A DNA stretch of 64,000 bases from Candidatus Latescibacterota bacterium. GTDB taxonomy: Bacteria; Latescibacterota; UBA2968; GCA-2709665. Made by a program: the position numbers and the translations under genes. The notes beneath the pieces are model-generated. The model was not told the origin of the DNA. It ran no database searches and saw only the letters and a list, made by a program, of their open reading frames with translations. The stretch covers positions 1,536,001 to 1,600,000 of the forward strand of contig OZ241917.1 in the NCBI GenBank assembly GCA_965203805.1. The letters are read 5' to 3'. Positions 9,452-19,680 of the stretch are shown one piece after another (the stretch's first letter is position 1; each line of letters begins with the position of its first letter).

Positions 9452-10252
9452 TCACGACTCGAACATCCAGCTAGCCCTGCCGTAATCGAATGCTTCGAAG
9501 TCGTCACGGTACATGTTGTAGACCAGCGCGGCCAATTCGCGGCTGTACGCCGTGGTGAGCGGAACCCGAACCGTCGCGTTTCGCCTCTCTGACGCTAGCG
9601 CGACCGTCTCCTCTGGCGCACCGAGCCGCCTAAGAATCGCCTTAAAATCGTCTGCGAAATTCTCAAATCGGCCGATAAAATCATAATTGATCAAATCCTG
9701 CATCAGAATCCGGTTCTGAGCATTGAAGTGCCCGTCATAGATGGCATCAGGCTTCAATTCGTAACGTACCGTTGCGCGACAGTCTGACAGGAAGTGTACG
9801 AAGTCTGCAAACGTCACCATAGCACGGTGATTTCCATCCCCGGCAGGGTAATTGAACTCGTCCCGAATCACATCCTGCAGCCACAAATACTGGGTATCCC
9901 GCGTGTTTCCGATCTTCGACTTGTAGGCCGAGAGCAATCGATGATACGGATTGCGGACAAAGCAGAATTTCACCCATTCGGTCGAGGTCAGCATCTCAAC
10001 GATCTCCTTAGTGCTGTAGCGGGCGAGAAATAACCCGCGATCGAGACCGTGGACGTCGTTCGGATTTTCCTGCACCGACTTTCCGGCCAAGTGATATAGC
10101 GCCACCTTAACCGTCGTGCAAGCGACTTTGGGTAACGTCATGCACAGGCATTTGTACTCGGGAAGGACCCACCCGTGGTAAGTGAAACTCTGGTTAACAT
10201 CGTTTTCCCGTGCTGTCCGGATACGCGATGTCAGCTGTTTCGCATCGTCCAT
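9452..10252 (-). CDS. Sulfotransferase family 2 protein
   Basis: PKVACTT and FVRNPYHRLLSAY PAPS-binding motifs. Confidence 0.9.
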   Translation of the reverse strand: MDDAKQLTSRIRTARENDVNQSFTYHGWVLPEYKCLCMTLPKVACTTVKVALYHLAGKSVQENPNDVHGLDRGLFLARYSTKEIVEMLTSTEWVKFCFVRNPYHRLLSAYKSKIGNTRDTQYLWLQDVIRDEFNYPAGDGNHRAMVTFADFVHFLSDCRATVRYELKPDAIYDGHFNAQNRILMQDLINYDFIGRFENFADDFKAILRRLGAPEETVALASERRNATVRVPLTTAYSRELAALVYNMYRDDFEAFDYGRASWMFES

Positions 10253-10288
10253 TTCTGCCTCGAGCTGTCGCTCCCATACTGGAGGGCA

Positions 10289-10702
10289 TCAAAGCCGCCG
10301 TTGATTCTTGAGTTCCGGGACGATGTGATTCCGCAGAATGGGATTCAGCGGATATTTCTCCGATTCCAGTTCCGCCATGGATGCCCATGCGATCTCGAGC
10401 ACCTCGTCCTGGTCGGGAACGGGGTTTCCCTCAAAGCCTGCCGTGTAAGCCCTGATCCTGACCATGTGCCGTTCTCCCGTTCCGTCAGGGTCGACCAAAC
10501 GCTCGTATTCGCCGAAGAATTCTGGATCCGTGGGCGTGATGTTCAGCTCTTCCAACAACTCTCTTCGCAGTGTCTCCAGGTCCGACTCCCCGTCTTCGAC
10601 CTTTCCGCCAGGCAGGAGATAATCATCGATGCCGTCGCATTTCACGAGCATGAGGCCATCCTGCGTAATCAGAATTCCAGATATGCGAACGAATGTCTTC
10701 AT
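10289..10702 (-). CDS. NUDIX hydrolase
   Basis: PGGKVEDGESDLETLRRELLEELNI Nudix box. Confidence 0.92.
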   Translation of the reverse strand: MKTFVRISGILITQDGLMLVKCDGIDDYLLPGGKVEDGESDLETLRRELLEELNITPTDPEFFGEYERLVDPDGTGERHMVRIRAYTAGFEGNPVPDQDEVLEIAWASMAELESEKYPLNPILRNHIVPELKNQRRL

Positions 10703-10805
10703 TGCCTGCTTTCAGGCTTGGGTGAAGGCGATCGTCTGTGAAAGACTCGAAGTTATCGGGGAGATCCCTTGTCGATCCACAGTCCGCCCGGATTGTCTTT
10801 CCTGT

Positions 10806-11300
10806 CTACGCCGATTCCTCCACCTTCAGGGACTTAACCGTAACAGTGGACCCCCACCCCGGTCCGATACATACCGGCCCTATGAGACCGCTGTAGTCGT
10901 TTCGTTGAAACTCATCCGGGTTCTCGCCCTCGTTGCTGTAACGCAACTCACCGTCGACCAACACCCGCATGAAATCCTCCTGTATCTCCCACGTCACCCT
11001 CACCCATGTATCCCGCGGAATCCGCCCCTGTCCCTCCGCGAAGAACGCGTGGCCGTAGACCGGCTCGTAACACGCCATCTCTTCAAGTGCGACTTCCCAG
11101 TTCAAGATCACGTGCCCCTTCGCGAAATGGAGCCGAAGGTTTGTGGAATCCGTCTTCGCCACCGCTTCGATGCGCAGCGGCACGGCGTAAACACCTGGAG
11201 TGCGAACATATCCGTATCCCGAAAGGCTCAGCCGCTCACTGTCGCATTTTGCGACACATTCGCTGACCGGGACGAGCTCGAAAAGCGGAATCTCCGGCAT
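10806..11300 (-). CDS. Hypothetical beta-rich protein
   Basis: 164-aa ORF with a strong AGGAGG RBS. Confidence 0.75.
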   Translation of the reverse strand: MPEIPLFELVPVSECVAKCDSERLSLSGYGYVRTPGVYAVPLRIEAVAKTDSTNLRLHFAKGHVILNWEVALEEMACYEPVYGHAFFAEGQGRIPRDTWVRVTWEIQEDFMRVLVDGELRYSNEGENPDEFQRNDYSGLIGPVCIGPGWGSTVTVKSLKVEESA

Positions 11301-11312
11301 CTCAACCTCCTG

Positions 11313-12137
11313 TTAAACCAGTCCGATTTTCCTGAACAGAAACAGGGCTTCAACGGTAAAACTCGCCCGGTGTTCCTCCCCGTGGCCGGTAATCCAGCCC
11401 CCGTCCTCCTGTTGATTGCCCGTCACGCTGGCCAATGACAATTCAAAGAGGTCTTCCGCAACGTCACCGGCAAGATGGCTGGCGTGCGCAATGGAGATGA
11501 CGTCTCCCGGATCCCCTTTGCCCTGTTCCACGGTATCATACAATATCCTCCTGCACCCGCTGACAATCTGTTCGTCTGTCCCAATGCCGGATGTGTGGAG
11601 ATGAAACAGTGGCAACGCCATCCAGTGTGTGTGATTGTAGTCCGGAAATCTCTCGCCATTCCATCCCCGCCGGACGAAATTCACGGCTTTTGAGAAATCT
11701 ACCTCGTGCTGCAGGCCCGATTCCATCAGTTTGCAGCACAGAGCCGCGGTCAACCAGACCTGGTTTCCATACCGGCCGGGCAGCATCCAGAACGGCGGAT
11801 TGAAAGCCACGATTGCTTCCGGCTCATCCCAGCTTCCGTCATCCCGCTGGGTTCTGCGGAGAAAGTCGAGTGTATTCAGCATTACCGAACTGTCGCGGTC
11901 TCCAATCCAGCTCAGCCATTGTAGCGCGACGAATGTCGCGGTGATGATCGACAGGTCGCCCTGAAAGTCCTTGTCGGTTCTCGTCCAGCCACCGTCGTCT
12001 CTCTGATTGACGGCGAGAGCCTCGATGACCTCGCCGCGACTGCAATCTCCCGTCGCATATCTGGCCAAACTCGAAAGTGCGGGATCGTCCGAATCAAGGA
12101 CGAAAGCCACGGCTCTTCCCGGATCAATTCTGCTCAC
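11313..12137 (-). CDS. Prenyltransferase/squalene-oxidase repeat protein
   Basis: QRDDGGW, QRDDGSW, QQEDGGW QW-like repeats. Confidence 0.85.
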   Translation of the reverse strand: MSRIDPGRAVAFVLDSDDPALSSLARYATGDCSRGEVIEALAVNQRDDGGWTRTDKDFQGDLSIITATFVALQWLSWIGDRDSSVMLNTLDFLRRTQRDDGSWDEPEAIVAFNPPFWMLPGRYGNQVWLTAALCCKLMESGLQHEVDFSKAVNFVRRGWNGERFPDYNHTHWMALPLFHLHTSGIGTDEQIVSGCRRILYDTVEQGKGDPGDVISIAHASHLAGDVAEDLFELSLASVTGNQQEDGGWITGHGEEHRASFTVEALFLFRKIGLV

Positions 12138-12189
12138 GATTCCTTCCTCCAACGGTCACTCGAACCTGGTGGCCGAAAACGAACAGTGC

Positions 12190-12296
12190 TCAATCCAGCG
12201 TTGCGGTTAAGACACACACCGCGACGATGGCGACCGCTCCGATCCCGAGGAAGAGTTGCGGGTGCAGATTGAGCACGCTCGATCGGGCTTGTAAAG
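12190..12296 (-). pseudogene. C-terminal remnant of a membrane protein
   Basis: LHPQLFLGIGAVAIVAVCVLTATLD* directly after the neighbouring stop codon. Confidence 0.4.
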
Positions 12297-13052
12297 CTAC
12301 ATGATCGGCCTGAACCTGGCCTGTAGAATCCTCTGGGCCGACGACTCGCCAAAAGGCGCGCTGCAGCCCCGCAGATCCTCCACGACAGAGCGGTAATCGT
12401 AGACCAATCTGTGATTTGCCACGTTCCAATCCTGCCCATCCCAGCTCACGGTTGCATATCCAATGCGACGGTCCCCGTCGAACGGAAACCCAACCGAGTC
12501 GACGATACTATAGCGCTGACCGCACGGGACGCCGGAGGACGCATAGTGGAGGTGTCCCGCTACAATAAGATTTGCCTTCACACTTCCGAGCAGTTCTCCG
12601 GCCTCTTCCTCTTGCGTCACGGTCAGAAGTCCGAAGGGATCCGGCTCGAGAACCAGAACACCGGTCACGTCGGCAGGCGTCGCGTGCACGATGAATAGAT
12701 CGTCTTCCGGAGACGCGCCTCCCGGCGGGGTAATCCTGTGTTCAAAGGGTAGGCTCTTCAAGTAGCTCAAGCCATCTGACCCCAGTTTCTCCCTGACCCA
12801 ATCCGCGCCGTCGTCTGGATACCCTTCATCAAAGACGAAAAGGTCTGCGTTACCGTAAACCGCAGGAAACTCCAGGTCACGTATCATGTCCAGACTCTCG
12901 GCCGGGCGGGGTCCGTTCAGCACCAGGTCTCCGGCGACCACCAGACTGTCAATCCGTTGACTCTGCAGGTCCTTGAGAACGGCGTCGAGCGCAGCGGCAT
13001 TGCCGTGAATGTCCGCAATCACGGCTACTGTATAGAACTGGCGATTACTCAT
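12297..13052 (-). CDS. Metallophosphoesterase
   Basis: DIHGN, GDLV, GNAD, GHLH motifs. Confidence 0.92.
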   Translation of the reverse strand: MSNRQFYTVAVIADIHGNAAALDAVLKDLQSQRIDSLVVAGDLVLNGPRPAESLDMIRDLEFPAVYGNADLFVFDEGYPDDGADWVREKLGSDGLSYLKSLPFEHRITPPGGASPEDDLFIVHATPADVTGVLVLEPDPFGLLTVTQEEEAGELLGSVKANLIVAGHLHYASSGVPCGQRYSIVDSVGFPFDGDRRIGYATVSWDGQDWNVANHRLVYDYRSVVEDLRGCSAPFGESSAQRILQARFRPIM

Positions 13053-13617
13053 TCAAACCTGGAGAGCTTCGATCCCTTTTCAAATCATACGCGAAACGGT
13101 ACAGTTCACCGAAGTCCGCAGATTCCGGGCCGAACAACCCCGGCGCCTTGCTGAAATGGACGGCGCGAACTTCCACAATCCTGCTGTGCGGATCAGGATC
13201 AGATCTGTTCTCGCTTTTCCGAACCACGTTCACCCACGATACGACACGCACGTGCGCCGGATGCGGGATGTGGGGCAGCCTGGGGCGGTCGCTTCGTGAG
13301 ACGCAATAGTACATCCCCATGGGATGAAGCTTTCCCGGAACCCAACCGGTCTCCTCCAACAGCTCGCGACGACCGGCCTCCTCCCAATTCTCGCCGGATT
13401 CAAGCGTGCCTCCCGGCAGGACCCATTTCCCGTTAGACCGCCTGGTCACGAGACAATGCGTTTCCGATACGAAGGGAATGACATAAGACGAGCCACAAAC
13501 GGTCGACGCCAGCACATCTTCGAATCTGCGGAAGTGGACACCAGGACGCAACTGTCCGTTCTTTCCGCTCAGCACGGGGTATTGGGAGATCAATTCGTCG
13601 AAATGCGAATAGTCCAC
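13045..13617 (-). CDS. NUDIX hydrolase
   Basis: PGGTLESGENWEEAGRRELLEETG; start reassigned to GTG 13617. Confidence 0.85.
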   Translation of the reverse strand: MDYSHFDELISQYPVLSGKNGQLRPGVHFRRFEDVLASTVCGSSYVIPFVSETHCLVTRRSNGKWVLPGGTLESGENWEEAGRRELLEETGWVPGKLHPMGMYYCVSRSDRPRLPHIPHPAHVRVVSWVNVVRKSENRSDPDPHSRIVEVRAVHFSKAPGLFGPESADFGELYRFAYDLKRDRSSPGLNE

Positions 13618-13699
13618 GTTCAGCCTGCTCTGTTTCCAGAGTCGGGTCCTTCCCCGCAGCGACGATCGTGCAACAACAGATCGTTCCGATTCCCGAGAA

Positions 13700-14413
13700 T
13701 CAATCGGCGTTGGCGATGGAATCGACCGCCGACGGCAGTTCTTCCATGTTGGAAATTGTCTCGTCCGGCAATTCATCCGGCACACGAGGTTCCAATTCCG
13801 CGTATCTGCCTCGCCGCATCCAAACGGTCCGTAGACCGACCTGCTTTGCAGGGATGATATCGTTGTCCAGGCGATCGCCGATCATAATCGCCTCCGAAGG
13901 CGCAAATCCCGCCCGGTCGAAAATTGTACGGAAGAATCGCTCATCAGGCTTCTTGATCCCGAGGCTGCCTGACACGTCCGTATGGCGGAACCATCGCAAT
14001 ACACCAAGATCGTCCAGGACGTCGACGATGTCCGCCGGCGCGTTGCCGGCCAGCGCGAGCGTGTATTCACAGGCCAACTGCTCGAGGACCGCCTCGGCCC
14101 CCGGGTACAACCGGCAACCGAGAGACCTGATCTCAGAGTAGTGCGATCGCACCTCACGTGTGATCTCGTTGAAGAGGCGTACATCAGACCCGGCGAAGTG
14201 CCACGTGATCGCGGGCATGGCGCTCGGAACGAACTGCGATATCTTCTCGCTGTCCAACTGTCTGTACTCTTCAATGGACAACTCAAAGCCGAAGTTGCCA
14301 AGCGTGGTTCGATGCGCCTCCATCAACGCATCCTGTTGACCGACGGCATGGAGAAGGGTCTCTCCGATATCGAACAACAGCACCGAAATCATGCGAATCT
14401 CACCTTGGTTCAT
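13700..14413 (-). CDS. HAD-family hydrolase
   Basis: FDIGETL, KKPD, MIGDRLDNDI. Confidence 0.92.
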   Translation of the reverse strand: MNQGEIRMISVLLFDIGETLLHAVGQQDALMEAHRTTLGNFGFELSIEEYRQLDSEKISQFVPSAMPAITWHFAGSDVRLFNEITREVRSHYSEIRSLGCRLYPGAEAVLEQLACEYTLALAGNAPADIVDVLDDLGVLRWFRHTDVSGSLGIKKPDERFFRTIFDRAGFAPSEAIMIGDRLDNDIIPAKQVGLRTVWMRRGRYAELEPRVPDELPDETISNMEELPSAVDSIANAD

Positions 14414-14447
14414 CCAATATGCGGCGCGACGTCATCCAGCCTCTATT

Positions 14448-14685
14448 AATCTAAGGCACAAACTTACATGGACGGACAGGATGAACAGGATAAAGACCAC
14501 AAGCAGGACAAATGCTCACCTTCCGGGCTAAATCGATAAATCCTTACTACTGTAGACCGCGCAACATCAACCTGACCCATCAGATTCCGCATTTTTTAAA
14601 CGCTGTCGTATAATTCTCCGCTGAAATTATTTAAATACAATCAGTTATACAACAGAACCGCGGATTCTCGTTAATCATCCAACCT
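14448..14685 (+). repeat. Dispersed spacer element, copy A (inverted relative to B-D; no hairpin insert)
   Basis: Reverse complement aligns with 23787-24050, e.g. TGAGCATTTGTCCTG..GGTCTTTATCCTGTTCATCCTG..CCATGTAAGTT. Confidence 0.8.
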
Positions 14686-14705
14686 GCGCGATTCGCTTGT
14701 ACAAA

Positions 14706-15680
14706 TCAACAGTCACTAAAGGAGGTTAACACGGCGTCCCATGCGAGCTCGGAAGCGATAAATCCGATATCGAACTCATCCAGGGTTTTCGTTTTGACTT
14801 CGTTTGTGGTCATCGCATACAGGATATCGCCGTCATATTGGGTGTGAAAAGGCTGAATCGCCTGAGACATGGAACTATGCACCTGTTTCGCCATTTGATG
14901 CAAAGGTCCTGAATCCATCTGCCGGTTGGTGACGACCAGCGTCAGGGTCGTGTTTTCGCGGGAAAGGTCGCGCTTTGTCGATCGGGCGGACCTGCGTTCA
15001 ACCCGATCCCGTATATGAACGCGGTTTCCTGTCTTGGGATCCCTATTCCCCCTGACAACCTGCCCCTGGCGATCGACAATCGCGCCGAGCGCATTCACAA
15101 CGGTAAATACAGCTATTTTCGTACGTCCGATCTGTCGAAAGGCGGCCCCCTGTCCGGATGATTCCCGAACGCCCAACCCGGATCCGCCGCCCACGTTGGC
15201 CGAACGACCTGCGCCGCGGGCGCCGAGCGGGAAGACGCCGGTACGGGCTGCTCTCAGAGCGGCACGACCGAGTTTCATATCCGGATAGATGGCGTTTTTC
15301 CTCCCTCTCCAATCCCAGATAATAGCGCCCGATACGAGGGGAATATTCTCCCAGTTAATGGAATATTCCTGCATCGCGAGGAGTTCGGCGCGCACACCCA
15401 GAACTGCTTCAAGACCGTAAAGTGAGCCGCCGGCGAAGCAAATGGCGTGGTACCAGCCATATCCCGTCTCGATTGCGCCAACGCTGCCCCCTCGAATATC
15501 GACAGCCGTCGAGACGCCTTTCGGGAAGTGGAACACCGTACAACCGGTCGGACCCTCTTCATACTCAGCGATACCGACCTTCATGTCCGGAAAGTTGAAC
15601 TCGAGGATTGGACCGTCAAAGTCGGTCTTTGGATTCAACTGTACGGTATCATGTGAGACCGGTTTTCTTCGCTTTGCCAT
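14706..15680 (-). CDS. P1/S58 family peptidase (DmpA-like)
   Basis: GPTGCTV, VDIRGG, GGSLYGL, ENTTL, PFHT..DGD. Confidence 0.88.
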   Translation of the reverse strand: MAKRRKPVSHDTVQLNPKTDFDGPILEFNFPDMKVGIAEYEEGPTGCTVFHFPKGVSTAVDIRGGSVGAIETGYGWYHAICFAGGSLYGLEAVLGVRAELLAMQEYSINWENIPLVSGAIIWDWRGRKNAIYPDMKLGRAALRAARTGVFPLGARGAGRSANVGGGSGLGVRESSGQGAAFRQIGRTKIAVFTVVNALGAIVDRQGQVVRGNRDPKTGNRVHIRDRVERRSARSTKRDLSRENTTLTLVVTNRQMDSGPLHQMAKQVHSSMSQAIQPFHTQYDGDILYAMTTNEVKTKTLDEFDIGFIASELAWDAVLTSFSDC

Positions 15681-15683
15681 CGG

Positions 15684-17027
15684 TCAATCCCGTTTGGAAT
15701 CGCCTTTCGCCAGGCTGGCGCAGACAAGCTCCTCGTCATTTCGCGCAAACACATGCTTATAGGCGAACGCGGGATGTGCCCATGTGACCCCGCCTCTCCG
15801 GTTCAACTGATCGCGCGTCGGTTCGATCAGTTTCGCGCGACTGATGATATTCAGCCCGTCCGGCGAAAGCGTTGTAATCAGGAGTTCGCCACGCTCATTG
15901 AACATCCAGACCCTGTCGCCGTTCCTGATGAAATGGATATTGCTCCAGCGGGCTTTGGGCACCGCTGTCAGGTCTTCCCAGATCCGTTCGCCGTTGCGGG
16001 CATCAAGGCAGCGGAGTTCCCCGTAGCTATCCACACCGTAAATGTAATGGCCAAGTCGGACCGGAGTCGACATCGTGGAATGGAGGGCATCCGTGTTCCG
16101 CTCGTCCTTGCCCTTTCGGTGCCACCCGAATTGCATCTCCGGCTTATCCGGACTCACCTTCAGCAGCAACGATCCATCGAAGAAATCCGTAAAAAACAAC
16201 TCGTTACGATAAAAAACAGGGGATGCGATCCCGATCTCCATTCGATTCGGCGGAAAAGGATGGCGCCAGTAGACACCGCCCGTCTTCGGATTGAGACCGA
16301 CGATACTCTCGGCCGTCCGACAGACCAGGATGCGCTTATTGCCCTGCTTAATCGCAATCGGCGCCGAGTAAGATGCCTTGTCGTCCAGCGCCTTCCATTT
16401 CTCAACGCCGGTTTCGCGGTCGAATGCGACGATGCAGGCATCGGGCGTACCGCCGACCTGGACGATTACGTTTGATCCTTCAACGATCGGCGCACCTGCA
16501 ATGCCCCAGGTCGGCATCGCGATATTGTATTCGGAGTTCAGATCTCTCTTCCACTTCAATGCGCCGGTCGCCGCGTCGAAGCAGTGGAGATGGCCCATCG
16601 CGCCAAGGGCGTACGCCAGGCCGTTGTGAACGGTAACCGTCGCGCGGGGTCCCGCGACATAGTTGATCCGGTACTCGCAATCGTACGTGTAGGACCAGAT
16701 CAGTTCTCCCGTTTCCCATGCAAAACAGTGGACCCGCTCGACCTGTTTGGGTTTTGCGAGACGGTCCGTAACGTAAACGCGCCCGTTGGCGACGCTCGGG
16801 CCGCTATAGCCGCTGCCGATCGGCACTCGCCAGCGGACCGGGATCTCCGGGCCGTCAAGCGCTTCGATGATCCCGGTCTCTCGCCAGACCCCATCCCGGG
16901 CCGATCCGCGCCACTGCGGCCATTCGTCGGCCGCAATCGAAGAGATGGGGATGAACACCGCCAACATCATTGCCGTAAATCTCAAATGGATCCCCTTCAT
17001 GTTTCGTCCTGTCATTTGTTCTGGCAC
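15684..17027 (-). CDS. Secreted PQQ-like beta-propeller protein
   Basis: Signal peptide; EWPQWRG; GSGYSGP; repeated CFDAxTGxxxW; WAHPA. Confidence 0.9.
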   Translation of the reverse strand: MPEQMTGRNMKGIHLRFTAMMLAVFIPISSIAADEWPQWRGSARDGVWRETGIIEALDGPEIPVRWRVPIGSGYSGPSVANGRVYVTDRLAKPKQVERVHCFAWETGELIWSYTYDCEYRINYVAGPRATVTVHNGLAYALGAMGHLHCFDAATGALKWKRDLNSEYNIAMPTWGIAGAPIVEGSNVIVQVGGTPDACIVAFDRETGVEKWKALDDKASYSAPIAIKQGNKRILVCRTAESIVGLNPKTGGVYWRHPFPPNRMEIGIASPVFYRNELFFTDFFDGSLLLKVSPDKPEMQFGWHRKGKDERNTDALHSTMSTPVRLGHYIYGVDSYGELRCLDARNGERIWEDLTAVPKARWSNIHFIRNGDRVWMFNERGELLITTLSPDGLNIISRAKLIEPTRDQLNRRGGVTWAHPAFAYKHVFARNDEELVCASLAKGDSKRD

Positions 17028-17177
17028 GTAAATCTCCTTGAGGTATCGACGCTTCCGGCATTTGCAGCCGCCGCGAGCTTGACGGGTCGGAGCGGCACGA
17101 GCGACCTGGTAATCTGACGATTGCGCATCACGCGGGGCTGGCTCCCTTGACGGTTTCTGATTCTAATGATTCCAGAC

Positions 17178-17202
17178 GAACCTTTTCGCCTTCCAATACG
17201 TC
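17178..17202 (+). promoter_or_regulatory. Putative ECF-type promoter for the sigma gene
   Basis: GAACC-N16-CGTC upstream of the AGGAGGG RBS. Confidence 0.5.
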
Positions 17203-17227
17203 ATGCTATCAGGAGGGCATAGACCGA

Positions 17228-18547
17228 ATGTTACGACATCCGCCCAAAGAACTCGTCGGGCAATCCTCAGAGGGAAACACCGAAGCGTTTGTTGCCGCAG
17301 TCAGGTACTATGAAGATCGACTGGCCACGCTCATCAGATACTTCATTGATAATGAAAACGATGCGGCGGATGTGCTCCAGGATACTCTGCTCCAGGCCTG
17401 GTCCACTCGGCACCAGTTGCGGGAACCGACAAAGTTCGGCCCATGGCTCTTCCAGGTTGCGAGAAACCGCTGCCGGGATTTCCTCAGAGGAAAGCACAGA
17501 AGAGAACTGCCGACGTCGCCAATTGAGCTGGAGCGGATCCTGAATGAGTCACGTACGACGCCGCAGGATCGAATGGAATCGATCCGGCGGATCAGACGAG
17601 CAATAGAGAAAATACCAAATTACGAAGCGAACGCCATCAAAGACTTTTACTTCAAAGGTCTTACAATCGGAGAAATCGCAAAACGTACCGGACGTTCCGA
17701 TGGCACAATCAAACGCCGGCTTTCAACCGGACGTAATCGGATACGTGAAGTACTCGGCGTGTCAGAACAAAGAAGGAGGCCGCCAATGCCGGCACCTGTC
17801 TCACATGAGTTGAAGCACCGATTTCCCCAGGAACGTCCCACGATTCAGATCGGCAGGTCGGAGTGTCCATCATTTTCCGTAGACTGCCAGGAACTCCGAT
17901 GGTGGTTCGCCGTACCCAAAATAGACCAGTCGGTGCTCGTCGCAACCTATAGTCCGGACTCCTGGAAGCTGACGTCGGTAATGAGACTGAAAGCAACCGG
18001 AGTCGCTGAGGTCCACGGGGTCGAAGGTATCGAAATCGAGGTGACCGAGTCCAGTACGCAAACGCCCACGGAGAGCAGGGTCTGCTCGATCGTCGGACGG
18101 CTCACAGAAGAAAGGGCTCAGTACCTCGCCGTCATTCAGCGAAACGGAACGTTCAGTGTCGAGACTTTCTTGAGCGAGGCCTTCTGGCGAGATGCTCTCC
18201 GGATGCTTGAACCTCAGGGGACATTTAACGAGGTGGCGCCTCGGGAGTTTCGCAGAACTGACGAGTCCTGTGAAGAAGCGGGGGCGGGAAATCACGACGT
18301 ACGAGTAGAAGGTCGTTTGTTCTCGTGCCTGAGGGTCCTTGAGCTCGAGGGAGATCCCCGGGCGTCGGATTCCGTCTTCACCGAGAGTTTTCTAACTACG
18401 GAGGGCCGCACCCTGCTCAGGAGACATTTCTGCCGCCCTGAATGCGAGAACGTCTCCGTCGATCATTCGGAGGGGGTCGTAGTGGACGGATTCAGTTTCG
18501 TACACTGGTATGACAATCTGACAGATCTGGCGTTTCAGCAGCGGTAA
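17228..18547 (+). CDS. ECF RNA polymerase sigma factor with a long C-terminal extension
   Basis: DAADVLQDTLLQAW, WLFQVARNRCRD (region 2), GLTIGEIA..GTIKRRL (region 4); ~240 extra residues. Confidence 0.9.
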   Translation: MLRHPPKELVGQSSEGNTEAFVAAVRYYEDRLATLIRYFIDNENDAADVLQDTLLQAWSTRHQLREPTKFGPWLFQVARNRCRDFLRGKHRRELPTSPIELERILNESRTTPQDRMESIRRIRRAIEKIPNYEANAIKDFYFKGLTIGEIAKRTGRSDGTIKRRLSTGRNRIREVLGVSEQRRRPPMPAPVSHELKHRFPQERPTIQIGRSECPSFSVDCQELRWWFAVPKIDQSVLVATYSPDSWKLTSVMRLKATGVAEVHGVEGIEIEVTESSTQTPTESRVCSIVGRLTEERAQYLAVIQRNGTFSVETFLSEAFWRDALRMLEPQGTFNEVAPREFRRTDESCEEAGAGNHDVRVEGRLFSCLRVLELEGDPRASDSVFTESFLTTEGRTLLRRHFCRPECENVSVDHSEGVVVDGFSFVHWYDNLTDLAFQQR

Positions 18548-18755
18548 CTCCGGCCCGTTCGCGAGAGATATCTGCTGTCGCAAATCGTAACGAACGTGCT
18601 GAAGCAAACCTCAACAGAAATTCGAGCGTTGTCACGGATTACTCATAGCGGCAGCCTGTCGCGTCACCCCTCCGGGTTGCCAGGCGCAAATCTGCCGGGA
18701 CGGGATTCCCCATTGCATGAATGAGTCGCTCCGGTTCGCCGCTCGCTGCACAAGT

Positions 18756-19595
18756 TTAGATCTTGTCGGCAACATTCAATCCGTTCCGGGCGACGGTATG
18801 CTCCTTGACGATCGTCCTGTCTGAATGAAGGGTGACAAAGTTGAAACAAGGCGGGTGCGCATCGTCAAAATCCAATTCCTGTTCATCTGGCCAATAGTTG
18901 AGTTGGCAAAAGGTGCTGCCTACACTGATGTATGCGATGCCGTCCTTGTGGATATGGGTCCCTCGATGAACATGACCGAAGAACACGCCTCGCAGACGAT
19001 CTCTTGCCGGTAACAGCGCCTCGTGCAGTTCATGGCCGTTAAGCATGCCCACGTCCCTGGAGTACCACCTGGAATCCAGATCGTGGGGCGAGTGATGAAT
19101 GAACACAGTCAGTGAACCGTTCTGTCGGCAAACTTCCGTTCGAACAAAATCAAGCTGATCGTCAGATACATTGCCAAAGTGTCCGACCTCTTCAAATGGC
19201 TGCTTGGTATCCAGCACCAGAAACCGTTCGTCCTGATACGCAAATCGATAGCAGTTCAGGTCCGAGTTGGACAGCGCGTCCTCTTTGGGACCCATTGCCA
19301 GATGCTTGCGCATATATTGGCGGATGTCATGGTTTCCTGTAACAAAGTAGATCGGGACGTTGATTTGAGAGAATGCCTCCGCAGCCAATTCGTAGGCGAC
19401 CTCTGTCTCGTGATTTGCGACGTCCCCGGTATGAATCACAAACCGGGGAGCCGTCGGCAGGCCGTTTATGGCTTCAGCGACCCGCGAAAGATTGCCAAAT
19501 GGGTTGTTGCCGAATGCGACCCAATCTCTCTTGTGCCCTAAGTGAGTGTCACTGATGTGGACAAAATGCAGTGGATCGGCCATGTCTTCCTCCAT
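18756..19595 (-). CDS. Metallophosphoesterase (Icc/CpdA-like)
   Basis: SDTH, TGD, GNHD, HHSP, GHVH. Confidence 0.9.
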   Translation of the reverse strand: MEEDMADPLHFVHISDTHLGHKRDWVAFGNNPFGNLSRVAEAINGLPTAPRFVIHTGDVANHETEVAYELAAEAFSQINVPIYFVTGNHDIRQYMRKHLAMGPKEDALSNSDLNCYRFAYQDERFLVLDTKQPFEEVGHFGNVSDDQLDFVRTEVCRQNGSLTVFIHHSPHDLDSRWYSRDVGMLNGHELHEALLPARDRLRGVFFGHVHRGTHIHKDGIAYISVGSTFCQLNYWPDEQELDFDDAHPPCFNFVTLHSDRTIVKEHTVARNGLNVADKI

Positions 19596-19680
19596 TACCG
19601 GTAGTTGGGATCCGTTGACCTGTCTATGCCGGCGCGCTACGATCCGGGTTTCCGGAGATCGCGCAGGAATCGCCCCGGTC

